A stretch of 39,424 nucleotides of DNA from a virus. The translations under genes were made by a program, and so were the position numbers. The stretch lies in the IMG/VR virus record IMGVR_UViG_3300048587_000399, positions 1 to 39,424 of that record; one strand, written 5' to 3'. Position 1 is the first letter of the stretch. Every line of letters starts with the position of its first letter. The notes beneath the pieces are model-generated. The model searched no databases. It had not been told where the DNA came from and saw only the letters and a list, made by a program, of their open reading frames with translations. Positions 33,401 through 39,424 of the stretch are shown here, piece after piece.

Positions 33401-33691
33401 TCACCAGTCCTCGGACACCTCGCCGAGCTCGGGCGACGCGTCACCGGCGCCCTTGTTGCGGTTGCATCGGTGGTGCGACGCCTGCAGGTTCGAGGGTTCG
33501 AGCGCGAGGTCGGGTCGCCGTCGCCGGCTGATCTTGTGGTCCGCCTCGAACGCATCCGGGGTGTTCGCCGGCGCGTCATAGTCGATGGTCCGTTGCCCGC
33601 AGATCCCGCACGGAGCGTTCCCGGCCTTGCAGCCCGCGCGGAACGACACGATCAGGTCGCGGTACTCCTTCGTCCTCACGACGTCGACCAC
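33401..33691 (-). CDS. HNH endonuclease (terminase-associated type)
   Basis: 96 aa. It has CGICG..ADHKISRRRRPDL..NLQASHHRCNRNKG (CxxC plus the H-N-H core). It sits in the HNH - (cos) - terS - terL arrangement known from HK97-like cos phages. Confidence 0.85.
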   Translation of the reverse strand: MVDVVRTKEYRDLIVSFRAGCKAGNAPCGICGQRTIDYDAPANTPDAFEADHKISRRRRPDLALEPSNLQASHHRCNRNKGAGDASPELGEVSEDW

Positions 33692-33714
33692 GCCCCACCC
33701 CCTCGGCGAATGGT

Positions 33715-33768
33715 GGACCCCGCCCGCGTGGTGCTCGGGAAGATGAGCACTCCGCGCGAGCGGGGTCC
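33715..33768 (-). promoter_or_regulatory. Composite hairpin (outer 9-bp stem ggaccccgc/gcggggtcc, inner 6-bp gtgctc/gagcac) in the HNH 5' leader
   Basis: Inverted repeats read directly. It ends 24 nt upstream of GTG 33691. Confidence 0.4.
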
Positions 33769-33814
33769 GTTCGAGTTCACGCGACCGCTTGGAGGTCCGG
33801 TCACTGTCCTCGTA

Positions 33815-33888
33815 CCCGCCGACCTTACCCGGTGTCGGCGGGAGCCTCCACCGGCCGGCTCGACCCGTGGGGATTGGGGAGCCGGCCG
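33815..33888 (-). terminator. Two adjacent GC hairpins (33815-33842, 9-bp stem; 33852-33888, 10-bp stem)
   Basis: cccgccgac/gtcggcggg and cggccggctc/gagccggccg read directly. They lie 46-119 nt downstream of the stop at 33934. Confidence 0.45.
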
Positions 33889-33933
33889 ACAGAAGTAGCT
33901 ACCTTGATCTTCGGGGGTGACACCGGACCCCTG

Positions 33934-34203
33934 TCAAGCAGACTCGCCGGGGTCGCGGAGCGCAATCGTAATCTCGACGTCGCGGCCGAGCCACTCCTCG
34001 AACTGGGCAGCAGCGGCCGCGTTCCCGACCGTCATCGTGAGAACGCCGTGCGGAGTGGCTGACGCCCACTCAGCGTTGCCGGGCTTGTTGCCCGACACGT
34101 TCCGCAGCTCGACCTCGGCGCGAGGAGCCGGAGCAGCGAACCCCTCCTGAGCCTGACCGGCGAACTTGCGGATAGCGGCGACGTAGAAGCGAGCAGTAAT
34201 CAT
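33934..34203 (-). CDS. Hypothetical protein (89 aa)
   Basis: Track ORF 33934-34257. ATG 34203 lies 7 nt after AGGAGG. Confidence 0.6.
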   Translation of the reverse strand: MITARFYVAAIRKFAGQAQEGFAAPAPRAEVELRNVSGNKPGNAEWASATPHGVLTMTVGNAAAAAQFEEWLGRDVEITIALRDPGESA

Positions 34204-34253
34204 GGCAGAACCTCCTGGGTTGGGTAGTGGGCGGAGGGTCTGCGGACCCACGG

Positions 34254-34412
34254 TCATGTGGCGTCCGAACCTTCACCCAGAGTACCAGCGACCGCCTCCC
34301 CGACGCCGGGGTAGTAGAACCCGTAATCGCAGCTCGTGCAGTAGTCCGTGTAGACGCTCGATTCGAGGGTCCGATTGCCGCAGCCTGGGCACGTTGTCGG
34401 CTCGCTGTACAT
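34254..34412 (-). CDS. Zinc-ribbon mini-protein (52 aa), not in the ORF track
   Basis: Own codon-by-codon translation: MYSEPTTCPGCGNRTLESSVYTDYCTSCDYGFYYPGVGEAVAGTLGEGSDAT. ATG 34412 overlaps the upstream TGA by 1 nt. GC3 is high. Confidence 0.55.
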   Translation of the reverse strand: MYSEPTTCPGCGNRTLESSVYTDYCTSCDYGFYYPGVGEAVAGTLGEGSDAT

Positions 34413-34672
34413 CACGGCGCTCGGTGGTCAACCAGACACACAGCGGTCGGCGCATTGCACCCGTGGACGCACGACCAGCGCATCGGCGCGTCCCGCTCAT
34501 CGGAGAGCACCCGCTGCAGCACCACCATTGACTCGTCGGACACATCCGACCCGACGACGAGCCGCCGCAGACCGTCCTCGAACTGCGCGCCGTCGATCAC
34601 CACCAGGTCAGTCGGGTAGAGCACGTCCGAGCGCGACACGCGCGGCGTGCTTCCTGGGAAACGTAGATCCAT
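34412..34672 (-). CDS. Hypothetical protein (86 aa)
   Basis: Track ORF. ATG 34672 lies 6 nt after AAGGAG. Confidence 0.55.
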   Translation of the reverse strand: MDLRFPGSTPRVSRSDVLYPTDLVVIDGAQFEDGLRRLVVGSDVSDESMVVLQRVLSDERDAPMRWSCVHGCNAPTAVCLVDHRAP

Positions 34673-34675
34673 CGT

Positions 34676-34897
34676 TCACTCCTTCTCCGCGGCACGAACC
34701 ACTCGCATCCGCTGTTGATGCACCGGGTCGGCATCCAGCCGATCCCGGAACCACGCGAGCAGCGCCGCCTCGGCGACCACCCGCCTGCCCTTCGCGTCCA
34801 CGCCCATCACGAGCCCGTCACGCCTCCACCGCTTGATCGTCCGCACGGAGCGCCGCACCCGCGACGCCGCCTGCCGATACGTCAGCATCCGCTCCAC
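34676..34897 (-). CDS. Helix-turn-helix DNA-binding protein (excisionase/MerR-like HTH)
   Basis: 73 aa. It has LTYRQAASRVRRSVRTIKRWRRDGL. GTG 34897 lies 6 nt after GAGGAGGGAG. Confidence 0.7.
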   Translation of the reverse strand: MERMLTYRQAASRVRRSVRTIKRWRRDGLVMGVDAKGRRVVAEAALLAWFRDRLDADPVHQQRMRVVRAAEKE

Positions 34898-35507
34898 GCC
34901 ACACTCCCTCCTCGTACACCAGTCCGCATCGCAGACACGACACCCTGAACACCTCGCCGGCCGGTGACGTCGCGTGATGCACGACCACCGACCGCTCCCC
35001 GCACGTCGTGCAGAGCCGAGCGCGCCCAGCTCGCGGAGTCAGCGCGTCCAGCCCGTACTGCTGACGCAGCCGCCGTACGAACCCGAACAGTTGGTCCTCC
35101 GACTCCTGCAGCACCTCGAACCCGGCGATCAGCCACGAGCGGCCGATCAGCCACCCCACGATGTCGCCGGCAGCATGCGCGGCCGCGACCGAGCCCATCC
35201 GAGCCCGCAGCCCTTGCGCCTCCCCGACCGTCCACGTTGCCACCGACGAGCGGAGCACGGCCGGCGAGGAGCCGCCCACCAGCTCCACGACTTCGGTCGC
35301 ATACAGCACGAGCAGCGACCACAGCAGGTCCGCGTCGTCCATCGGACCCACCCGGAACGGGAGTGGGATACCTCGTGAGCCCGACACGCGGCCGCCTTGC
35401 GGAGCCGCGGAGAACGGGACCACCGACGCCCGCACTTGCAGCAGCAGCCCCGGCACCGCGTCCAGGTGCCACTGGTAGCGCCGCGTCCACGAGTCCATCC
35501 CGCTCAT
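34818..35507 (-). CDS. Hypothetical protein (229 aa) with a C-terminal CTTCG..CLRCG zinc-ribbon-like pair
   Basis: Track ORF 34818-35567. ATG 35507 overlaps the upstream stop (ATGA). Its 3' end overlaps the next gene by 80 nt. Confidence 0.55.
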   Translation of the reverse strand: MSGMDSWTRRYQWHLDAVPGLLLQVRASVVPFSAAPQGGRVSGSRGIPLPFRVGPMDDADLLWSLLVLYATEVVELVGGSSPAVLRSSVATWTVGEAQGLRARMGSVAAAHAAGDIVGWLIGRSWLIAGFEVLQESEDQLFGFVRRLRQQYGLDALTPRAGRARLCTTCGERSVVVHHATSPAGEVFRVSCLRCGLVYEEGVWRGADADVSAGGVAGAALRADDQAVEA

Positions 35508-35965
35508 GAGTTCGCCACCCGCAGCAGCACGTCCGCGTGGCACACCGCGTCCAGCGCGCACCAGCACCCGAGCGTCCAGCCGCGCAGCCGGGACCGGACC
35601 TCAGACACCCCGAACTGCAGCCGCCCGTCGAGCAGCGCAGCCTCGAACATCGCCACCGCGGCCTCGCGCGTGATGTTCCCGCCGTTCTCGGCCGTGCCCA
35701 CCACGAACGGATTGCCGTAGCGGTGCGGCCGCGCGACAGACACAGCGCCGACCGGCATCCGCCAGCCCGCAGCGCGCGACAGTCGGATGCGTGACGGAGC
35801 CGGCCACGGGATCACCCGCTCCGCGCAGTCGCACGAACCCCACCGGCACGGGACCGGAGCGGAATGCATTGTCGACCCCTCGGGGACATGCAGCATCCGA
35901 CCGTGTCCGCACGCCACGCACGAACTCACCGCCGAGTTGTCGAACGCGAGCGGAACCCGCAGCAC
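35504..35965 (-). CDS. DUF4326-domain protein
   Basis: 153 aa. It has IRLSRAAGWRMPVGAVSVARPHRYGNPF and LGCWCALDAVCHADVLL, the typical DUF4326 landmarks. Confidence 0.7.
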   Translation of the reverse strand: MLRVPLAFDNSAVSSCVACGHGRMLHVPEGSTMHSAPVPCRWGSCDCAERVIPWPAPSRIRLSRAAGWRMPVGAVSVARPHRYGNPFVVGTAENGGNITREAAVAMFEAALLDGRLQFGVSEVRSRLRGWTLGCWCALDAVCHADVLLRVANS

Positions 35966-36019
35966 CGGCAGCGGCCGGTCCGGCAGCGCCTCGACCTCCG
36001 CGACCGTCTCGAAACAGGC

Positions 36020-36262
36020 TCATCGCTCACCCCGCGGCCGCACATGTTCGATTGTCTCGGCGTCCACGACCACCCAGTCCTCCCGCGGAGCGTAGCTCGG
36101 GTCGATCAGGTGCATGTCACCGTTGAACAGCGCCCGCACGCCCCGATACCGTTCGTCCGGCGGAGGACCGAACAGGAAATCATCACCCTCCGACTCGGCC
36201 CTGAACGACGGCCGCGCACCCGACCGCGAACCGAACGCCCGAGCCAGCTCCTCCGGACCCAT
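36020..36262 (-). CDS. Hypothetical protein (80 aa)
   Basis: Track ORF 36020-36346. ATG 36262 overlaps the upstream stop by 1 nt. Confidence 0.5.
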   Translation of the reverse strand: MGPEELARAFGSRSGARPSFRAESEGDDFLFGPPPDERYRGVRALFNGDMHLIDPSYAPREDWVVVDAETIEHVRPRGER

Positions 36263-36396
36263 CACGACAGCACCCCCACAGCAGCGAGCACCGCGCGAGC
36301 GTGCGACCGGAACATCTCGCGCGCCAGCTCCGACCACGACTCCCACCGCACCGCCGCGTGCTCACGCGCGAGCGCACGAGCAGCCCGCTCGATCAT
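36262..36396 (-). CDS. Mini-protein (44 aa)
   Basis: This is the C-terminal part of track ORF 36262-36657. ATG 36396 overlaps the upstream stop (ATGA). Product is MIERAARALAREHAAVRWESWSELAREMFRSHARAVLAAVGVLS. Confidence 0.4.
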   Translation of the reverse strand: MIERAARALAREHAAVRWESWSELAREMFRSHARAVLAAVGVLS

Positions 36397-36581
36397 CGCC
36401 TCCACCTCGCCTCCGCCACCAGCGCGTCGTGCGCTGGGGTCCGCCGGCCGCACACCCCCGAGGGGTTCGCCGTCCGAGCCCCGCAGGGACACAGCGGTAG
36501 CTCCTGGTGCTTCTTCTCGATCCGCGCCAGCTCCGCGTCGACCCGAGCCCGAGCCGCCTCGTCCATCACCCATTCGCTCAT
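36393..36581 (-). CDS. Hypothetical protein (62 aa)
   Basis: Track ORF. ATG 36581 overlaps the nrdH-like stop (ATGA). Confidence 0.5.
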   Translation of the reverse strand: MSEWVMDEAARARVDAELARIEKKHQELPLCPCGARTANPSGVCGRRTPAHDALVAEARWRR

Positions 36582-36943
36582 CCCCCCACCATCGTCGTCG
36601 GGTATTCGGCGCCGTGTGCCCGCCTCGCGGGCGAACCCTCCGTCTTGACCGAATCATCCACGGCCTCTGGCGTTCGCGCGCCTGGCGCCGTCCTGTCGGC
36701 CCTCCATTCGGCGATCAGCACATCCAGCTCCGACGGGACGAACCCGGCGACCAGCCGCTCCCCGAACTCCGTCACCGGAGCGGAGGAGAACCCGAGCGCC
36801 CGCAGCCGGTCCGCCGACTCCGCGTTCTCCGGCCGCGTCAGGTCGCGCACCTCGACCTCGACACCCGCAGCCTGCAGTCGGAACCCGACCACCCTGCACC
36901 GCTGGCACCCCGGCGTCGACCACACCACGACCGGCGCGCTCAC
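36578..36943 (-). CDS. nrdH: NrdH-like glutaredoxin-fold redoxin
   Basis: 121 aa. It has VVVWSTPGCQRC (CxxC) and ALGFSSAPV..GFVPSELD, as in NrdH-type redoxins. Confidence 0.7.
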   Translation of the reverse strand: MSAPVVVWSTPGCQRCRVVGFRLQAAGVEVEVRDLTRPENAESADRLRALGFSSAPVTEFGERLVAGFVPSELDVLIAEWRADRTAPGARTPEAVDDSVKTEGSPARRAHGAEYPTTMVGG

Positions 36944-37224
36944 AGCCCGAGCCCCTCACGGATGCGAGCCCGCAGCGCATTGCGGAGCGCCTGCCGTTCG
37001 GCCGCCACCGGCGTCACAGTCGGCTTCGAGTCCTCCTCGACGGCCGGCGCCCCGAGATGGAGCACCTGCAGCATGTTCGCCACCTCCACCTGCTCGGCGA
37101 GCGCGAGCGTCGCATACACCTGAGCCTCCGCGAGCCACTGCGTGTTCGACAGCGACGAGCGGCCCGCGGGCGGCCGCACCTCGGCGAGCGCAGCGAGCGC
37201 GCGAGCCCGAGCCCCGTCAGCCAC
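36940..37224 (-). CDS. Hypothetical protein (94 aa)
   Basis: Track ORF 36940-37254. GTG 37224 overlaps the upstream end by 8 nt. Confidence 0.5.
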   Translation of the reverse strand: MADGARARALAALAEVRPPAGRSSLSNTQWLAEAQVYATLALAEQVEVANMLQVLHLGAPAVEEDSKPTVTPVAAERQALRNALRARIREGLGL

Positions 37225-37465
37225 CGGACACCTCCGACCGCAGCCCCGCGACATCGAACCCGTGGATCACACGAGCCCTCTCGTCCGTCGTCATGATCTG
37301 CAGCACCTCCTCTGCCGCCTCGCCGACCATCCGCGCGAGCATCCGCGCCTCAAGTCCGTCGAGCGGACCGCGCACCACGACGTCGATCAGGTACGCGTCG
37401 GTCACCTCGACCGTCGCCACCTCCACCGTCGCCGTCCTCGTGATCTTCTCCATCGTTCTTCCCAT
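37217..37465 (-). CDS. Hypothetical protein (78-82 aa)
   Basis: Track ORF 37217-37540. The first ATGs after the helicase stop are at 37465 and 37453. Confidence 0.5.
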   Translation of the reverse strand: MGRTMEKITRTATVEVATVEVTDAYLIDVVVRGPLDGLEARMLARMVGEAAEEVLQIMTTDERARVIHGFDVAGLRSEVSGG

Positions 37466-37479
37466 CGTTAGTGGCGCGC

Positions 37480-38706
37480 TCAGACAAGCGTCGCCGGTGT
37501 GTAGTGAGCCAGGTACGACCCCGTGGGTTCCCACGGCCACCGCTGCCCCTGCAGCTTCTTCGACGTCAGCTCGGTCGGCCAGTGCCGCTCATCGCGGTCA
37601 CCACGCCAGCGGAGCAGCCGGAACGGGTCGCCCGGCTTGTCCGGCTTCGCGATCCCCAGCCCGAACTCCGGCCACCCGAGCAGCGCCGACGAGCCACGCG
37701 GCCGCAGGTCGCGCCCCCCATGAGCGCCCTGCGTGTGCCCGGCGTGCGCCTCGATCATCAGCGTCAGATCACGCTCCCGCAGCGAGTCGAGCGCCGCGAG
37801 CACCGGAGCCGCATCATCGTCATCCTTGATCGCCCGCGGCACCAGCCGGTACAGCGGCCCGATCAGCAGCAGGTCCGGCTGCGCCACGTCGATCATCCGA
37901 TGCACCTCGCCGAGGTCGGCCGCGCTCGTCAGGTTCAGCCGCGACCGGAAGTCCACCCGCAGCCGGTCCCTCGGATCGCCCACCCCGATCAGCGCACAGT
38001 CCGCCGCGAGCGACCGCACCGCACGCCGCCACTGCCTCTCCGAGTTCTCCGCATCGACCACCAGCACCGACACCGGCTCCACCGCCTCCACCGTGAACGG
38101 TTGCAGCCCCGACGCAGCCATGAGCGCGATCTGCCGCAGCAGCGTCGACTTCCCGCCACCCTCCGAGCCCGTCAGCATCAGCCGATCCCGACGTTCCAGC
38201 AGCCCCGGCACCACCCAGTCGTACCGGTCCACCGACGCATCGACATCGAGCACCTCGCGCAGCAGCCGCAGCGGAGCAGCACCCGCGCCGGCCGCCAGCC
38301 GGTCCCGCAGCTCCCGCAGCTCCTCGAGCCCTCGCGTCAGCCGGATACCCGCGTCCTCGTCGCCGCCGAGCCTGCCGGCGATCTGCGACAGTCCGCGGCC
38401 GAGCGCCGACGCCCGGACCATCCCCGCGTAGTACGCCGCGGACAGCGCCGACGGGACCGCCTGCGACCACCTGTGCAGGTCCATCAGGTCGATTCCCCGC
38501 ACGTCCCACGACGCCAGCGAGTCACCGACCGTGATGTAGTCCACCGGCTCACCCTCGGCGACCATCCGGGTGATCCCCGCGTAGATCGCCCCGAGCCGCT
38601 GGTCGAAGAAGTCGGACGGCACGACCTCGGCCTGCACCGAGCGCAGCACCCGCACGTCCGCGAGCAGCGCCCCGATGACCGCTTTCTCCGGCAGCGTGTC
38701 GCTCAC
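37480..38706 (-). CDS. DnaB-like replicative helicase
   Basis: Track ORF 37480-38724. GTG 38706 overlaps the upstream stop (GTGA). It has a DnaB N-terminal-like region (EKAVIGALL) and a RecA-like core with Walker A (GSEGGGKST) and LVVDAE. Confidence 0.8.
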   Translation of the reverse strand: MSDTLPEKAVIGALLADVRVLRSVQAEVVPSDFFDQRLGAIYAGITRMVAEGEPVDYITVGDSLASWDVRGIDLMDLHRWSQAVPSALSAAYYAGMVRASALGRGLSQIAGRLGGDEDAGIRLTRGLEELRELRDRLAAGAGAAPLRLLREVLDVDASVDRYDWVVPGLLERRDRLMLTGSEGGGKSTLLRQIALMAASGLQPFTVEAVEPVSVLVVDAENSERQWRRAVRSLAADCALIGVGDPRDRLRVDFRSRLNLTSAADLGEVHRMIDVAQPDLLLIGPLYRLVPRAIKDDDDAAPVLAALDSLRERDLTLMIEAHAGHTQGAHGGRDLRPRGSSALLGWPEFGLGIAKPDKPGDPFRLLRWRGDRDERHWPTELTSKKLQGQRWPWEPTGSYLAHYTPATLV

Positions 38707-39377
38707 CGGCTCAGCCCCATCCACTCATCGCCCGGACGCCACCCCGCGAGCACGCCCTCGGACGCCGCAGCAGCCACCGCCGGCCGAGCCCGCAGCAGCC
38801 ACTGGTGGAACCCCGCGTTCCAGTTCACCAGCCGCCGCCCGTTCGCCTCCGCATGGAGCCGGAACGCCTCCACCTCACGATCCAGATCGACACCGGCGGC
38901 AGCAGCACGAGCCCGATGCTCAGGAGTCGGAACCCACGACGCCGGCAGCGCCACAGCACCCTTCGACCTCGGCCTGCGCGCGCTTACCTCACTGTTCTCT
39001 ACCTCATATAGGGGCGAATGCGCCGATTTGCCGGTCCCTTCTTCCGGTCCCTTAAAGCGACCGGCAGAATTTGCCGATCCCTCAAGGCGCCCATTCGGGT
39101 GCAGCACATACGCATCAGACAACCCCGTCGCACGCCCCTCAGAGCCACGACGAGCCACCCGCACCACCACACCCAGCTCCACCAGCTCCCCGAGCACAGA
39201 CCGCACCGTGCGCTCAGACACACCGGCCTCCTCGGCGATGGTCGCCTGCGACGGATGGATCGCACCCAGCCCCGACCGCGAGGAGAGCGACGCATACACG
39301 AGCAGCGCCGTCCGCCTGATCGACTTGTCCCGCAGCATCCACGTCGGCACCGCAGCGAACCCTTGAATCGCGCTCAC
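38703..39377 (-). CDS. Replication initiator / replisome organiser with an N-terminal winged-helix HTH
   Basis: Track ORF 38703-39392. GTG 39377 overlaps the HNH stop. It has PTWMLRD..LLVYASLSS..ATIAEEAGVSERTVRSVLGELVELGVV and the C-terminal WVPTPEH..FRLHAEANG..W..FHQWL. Confidence 0.7.
   Translation of the reverse strand: MSAIQGFAAVPTWMLRDKSIRRTALLVYASLSSRSGLGAIHPSQATIAEEAGVSERTVRSVLGELVELGVVVRVARRGSEGRATGLSDAYVLHPNGRLEGSANSAGRFKGPEEGTGKSAHSPLYEVENSEVSARRPRSKGAVALPASWVPTPEHRARAAAAGVDLDREVEAFRLHAEANGRRLVNWNAGFHQWLLRARPAVAAAASEGVLAGWRPGDEWMGLSR
39025..39083. repeat. Iteron-like repeats in a locally AT-richer island inside the replication gene
   Basis: atttgccggtccct (39026-39039), ccggtccctt again at 39044-39053, atttgccgatccct (39069-39082), and an inverted accggca at 39060-66. 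Flanking sequence includes catata, ttaaag and gaattt. Confidence 0.6.
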
Positions 39378-39402
39378 AGCGCATCCCTCCATTCCGCGGC
39401 CG
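39374..39402 (-). CDS. 3' end of the junction-spanning HNH endonuclease gene (..GAAAEWRDAL stop)
   Basis: If nt 1 is equated with nt 39403, the frame continues gcg gcc gcg gaa tgg agg gat gcg ctg tga. The TGA at 39376-39374 overlaps GTG 39377 of the replication gene (GTGA). Confidence 0.6.
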
Positions 39403-39424
39403 CACCCCGGCCGCCACGACTCGA
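39403..39424. repeat. Terminal direct repeat, copy 2
   Basis: Read directly: identical to nt 1-22. This is either a circular-assembly overlap or true terminal redundancy. Confidence 0.95.

Noticed and set aside
33381-33410. tRNA-like T-loop string gttcgaatc (33392-33400) just after the HNH stop, which could indicate a tRNA gene or an attP core copied from a tRNA 3' end.
   Set aside because: With TTCGAAT as the T-loop, the flanking 5-nt arms (cggtg / ctcac) pair at only 2 of 5 positions. I could not build an acceptor stem or anticodon arm on either strand. No integrase is present to use an attP.
34273-34545. Track ORF 34273-34545 (90 aa, minus strand).
   Set aside because: It has Arg/Cys-rich shadow-frame composition and overlaps two better-supported ORFs (34412-34672 and the 52-aa zinc-ribbon ORF 34254-34412).

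Overview
This very GC-rich window (about 70 percent by eye, not computed) reads as one complete genome of a siphovirus-type actinobacteriophage with an HK97-fold capsid and a long non-contractile tail.

**Topology.** The first 22 nt are repeated exactly as the last 22 nt, and an HNH-nuclease ORF reads in frame across that junction. The window is therefore a closed circle or terminally redundant unit of about 39,402 bp.

**Gene organisation.** All of the roughly 70 credible genes lie on the minus strand. The long plus-strand ORFs in the track are Arg/Pro/Ser-rich antisense shadows. Genes are tightly packed: I checked 27 junctions by eye and they are 4-nt GTGA/ATGA start-stop overlaps.

**Gene order in transcription direction (high to low coordinates):**
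- Replication/early module: HTH replication initiator with iteron-like repeats inside it, DnaB-like helicase, NrdH-like redoxin, DUF4326, an HTH protein and small zinc-ribbon proteins.
- A structured intergenic region, then an HNH endonuclease.
- About 1 kb of low-coding, G-quadruplex-rich DNA, a candidate cos/packaging-regulatory region.
- Packaging and head genes: ParB-DNA methyltransferase, TerS, TerL, a portal fused to a MuF-like domain, prohead protease and major capsid protein.
- Head-tail connectors, major tail protein, tail chaperones with a canonical -1 slippery site (C CCA AAA), tape measure and four minor tail proteins.
- An M23 peptidase plus holin-like membrane proteins.
- Three distal genes: an unknown 187-aa protein, a 555-aa protein with 13 tandem 20-aa repeats, and a clan GH-A-like glycosidase.
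- A second early block: beta-class methyltransferase, DUF932, HTH, RusA, PD-(D/E)XK exonuclease, RecT, and the junction-spanning second HNH.

I recognised no integrase, no CI-like repressor, no tRNA and no CRISPR.

**Most unusual feature.** The ParB-methyltransferase gene next to the terminase has a PLP-dependent domain (ACC-deaminase/D-cysteine-desulfhydrase-like) nested exactly at methyltransferase motif IV. The insert is bracketed by a diverged direct duplication. As written, the gene is interrupted by two single-nucleotide frame breaks.

**Other points worth a second look:**
- A four-copy hairpin that embeds the Shine-Dalgarno sequence between two GATC sites.
- A tandem G4 tract.
- Stacked GC hairpins upstream of the terminase-proximal HNH.
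- A DnaJ-type CxxCxGxG zinc cluster inside a small early protein.
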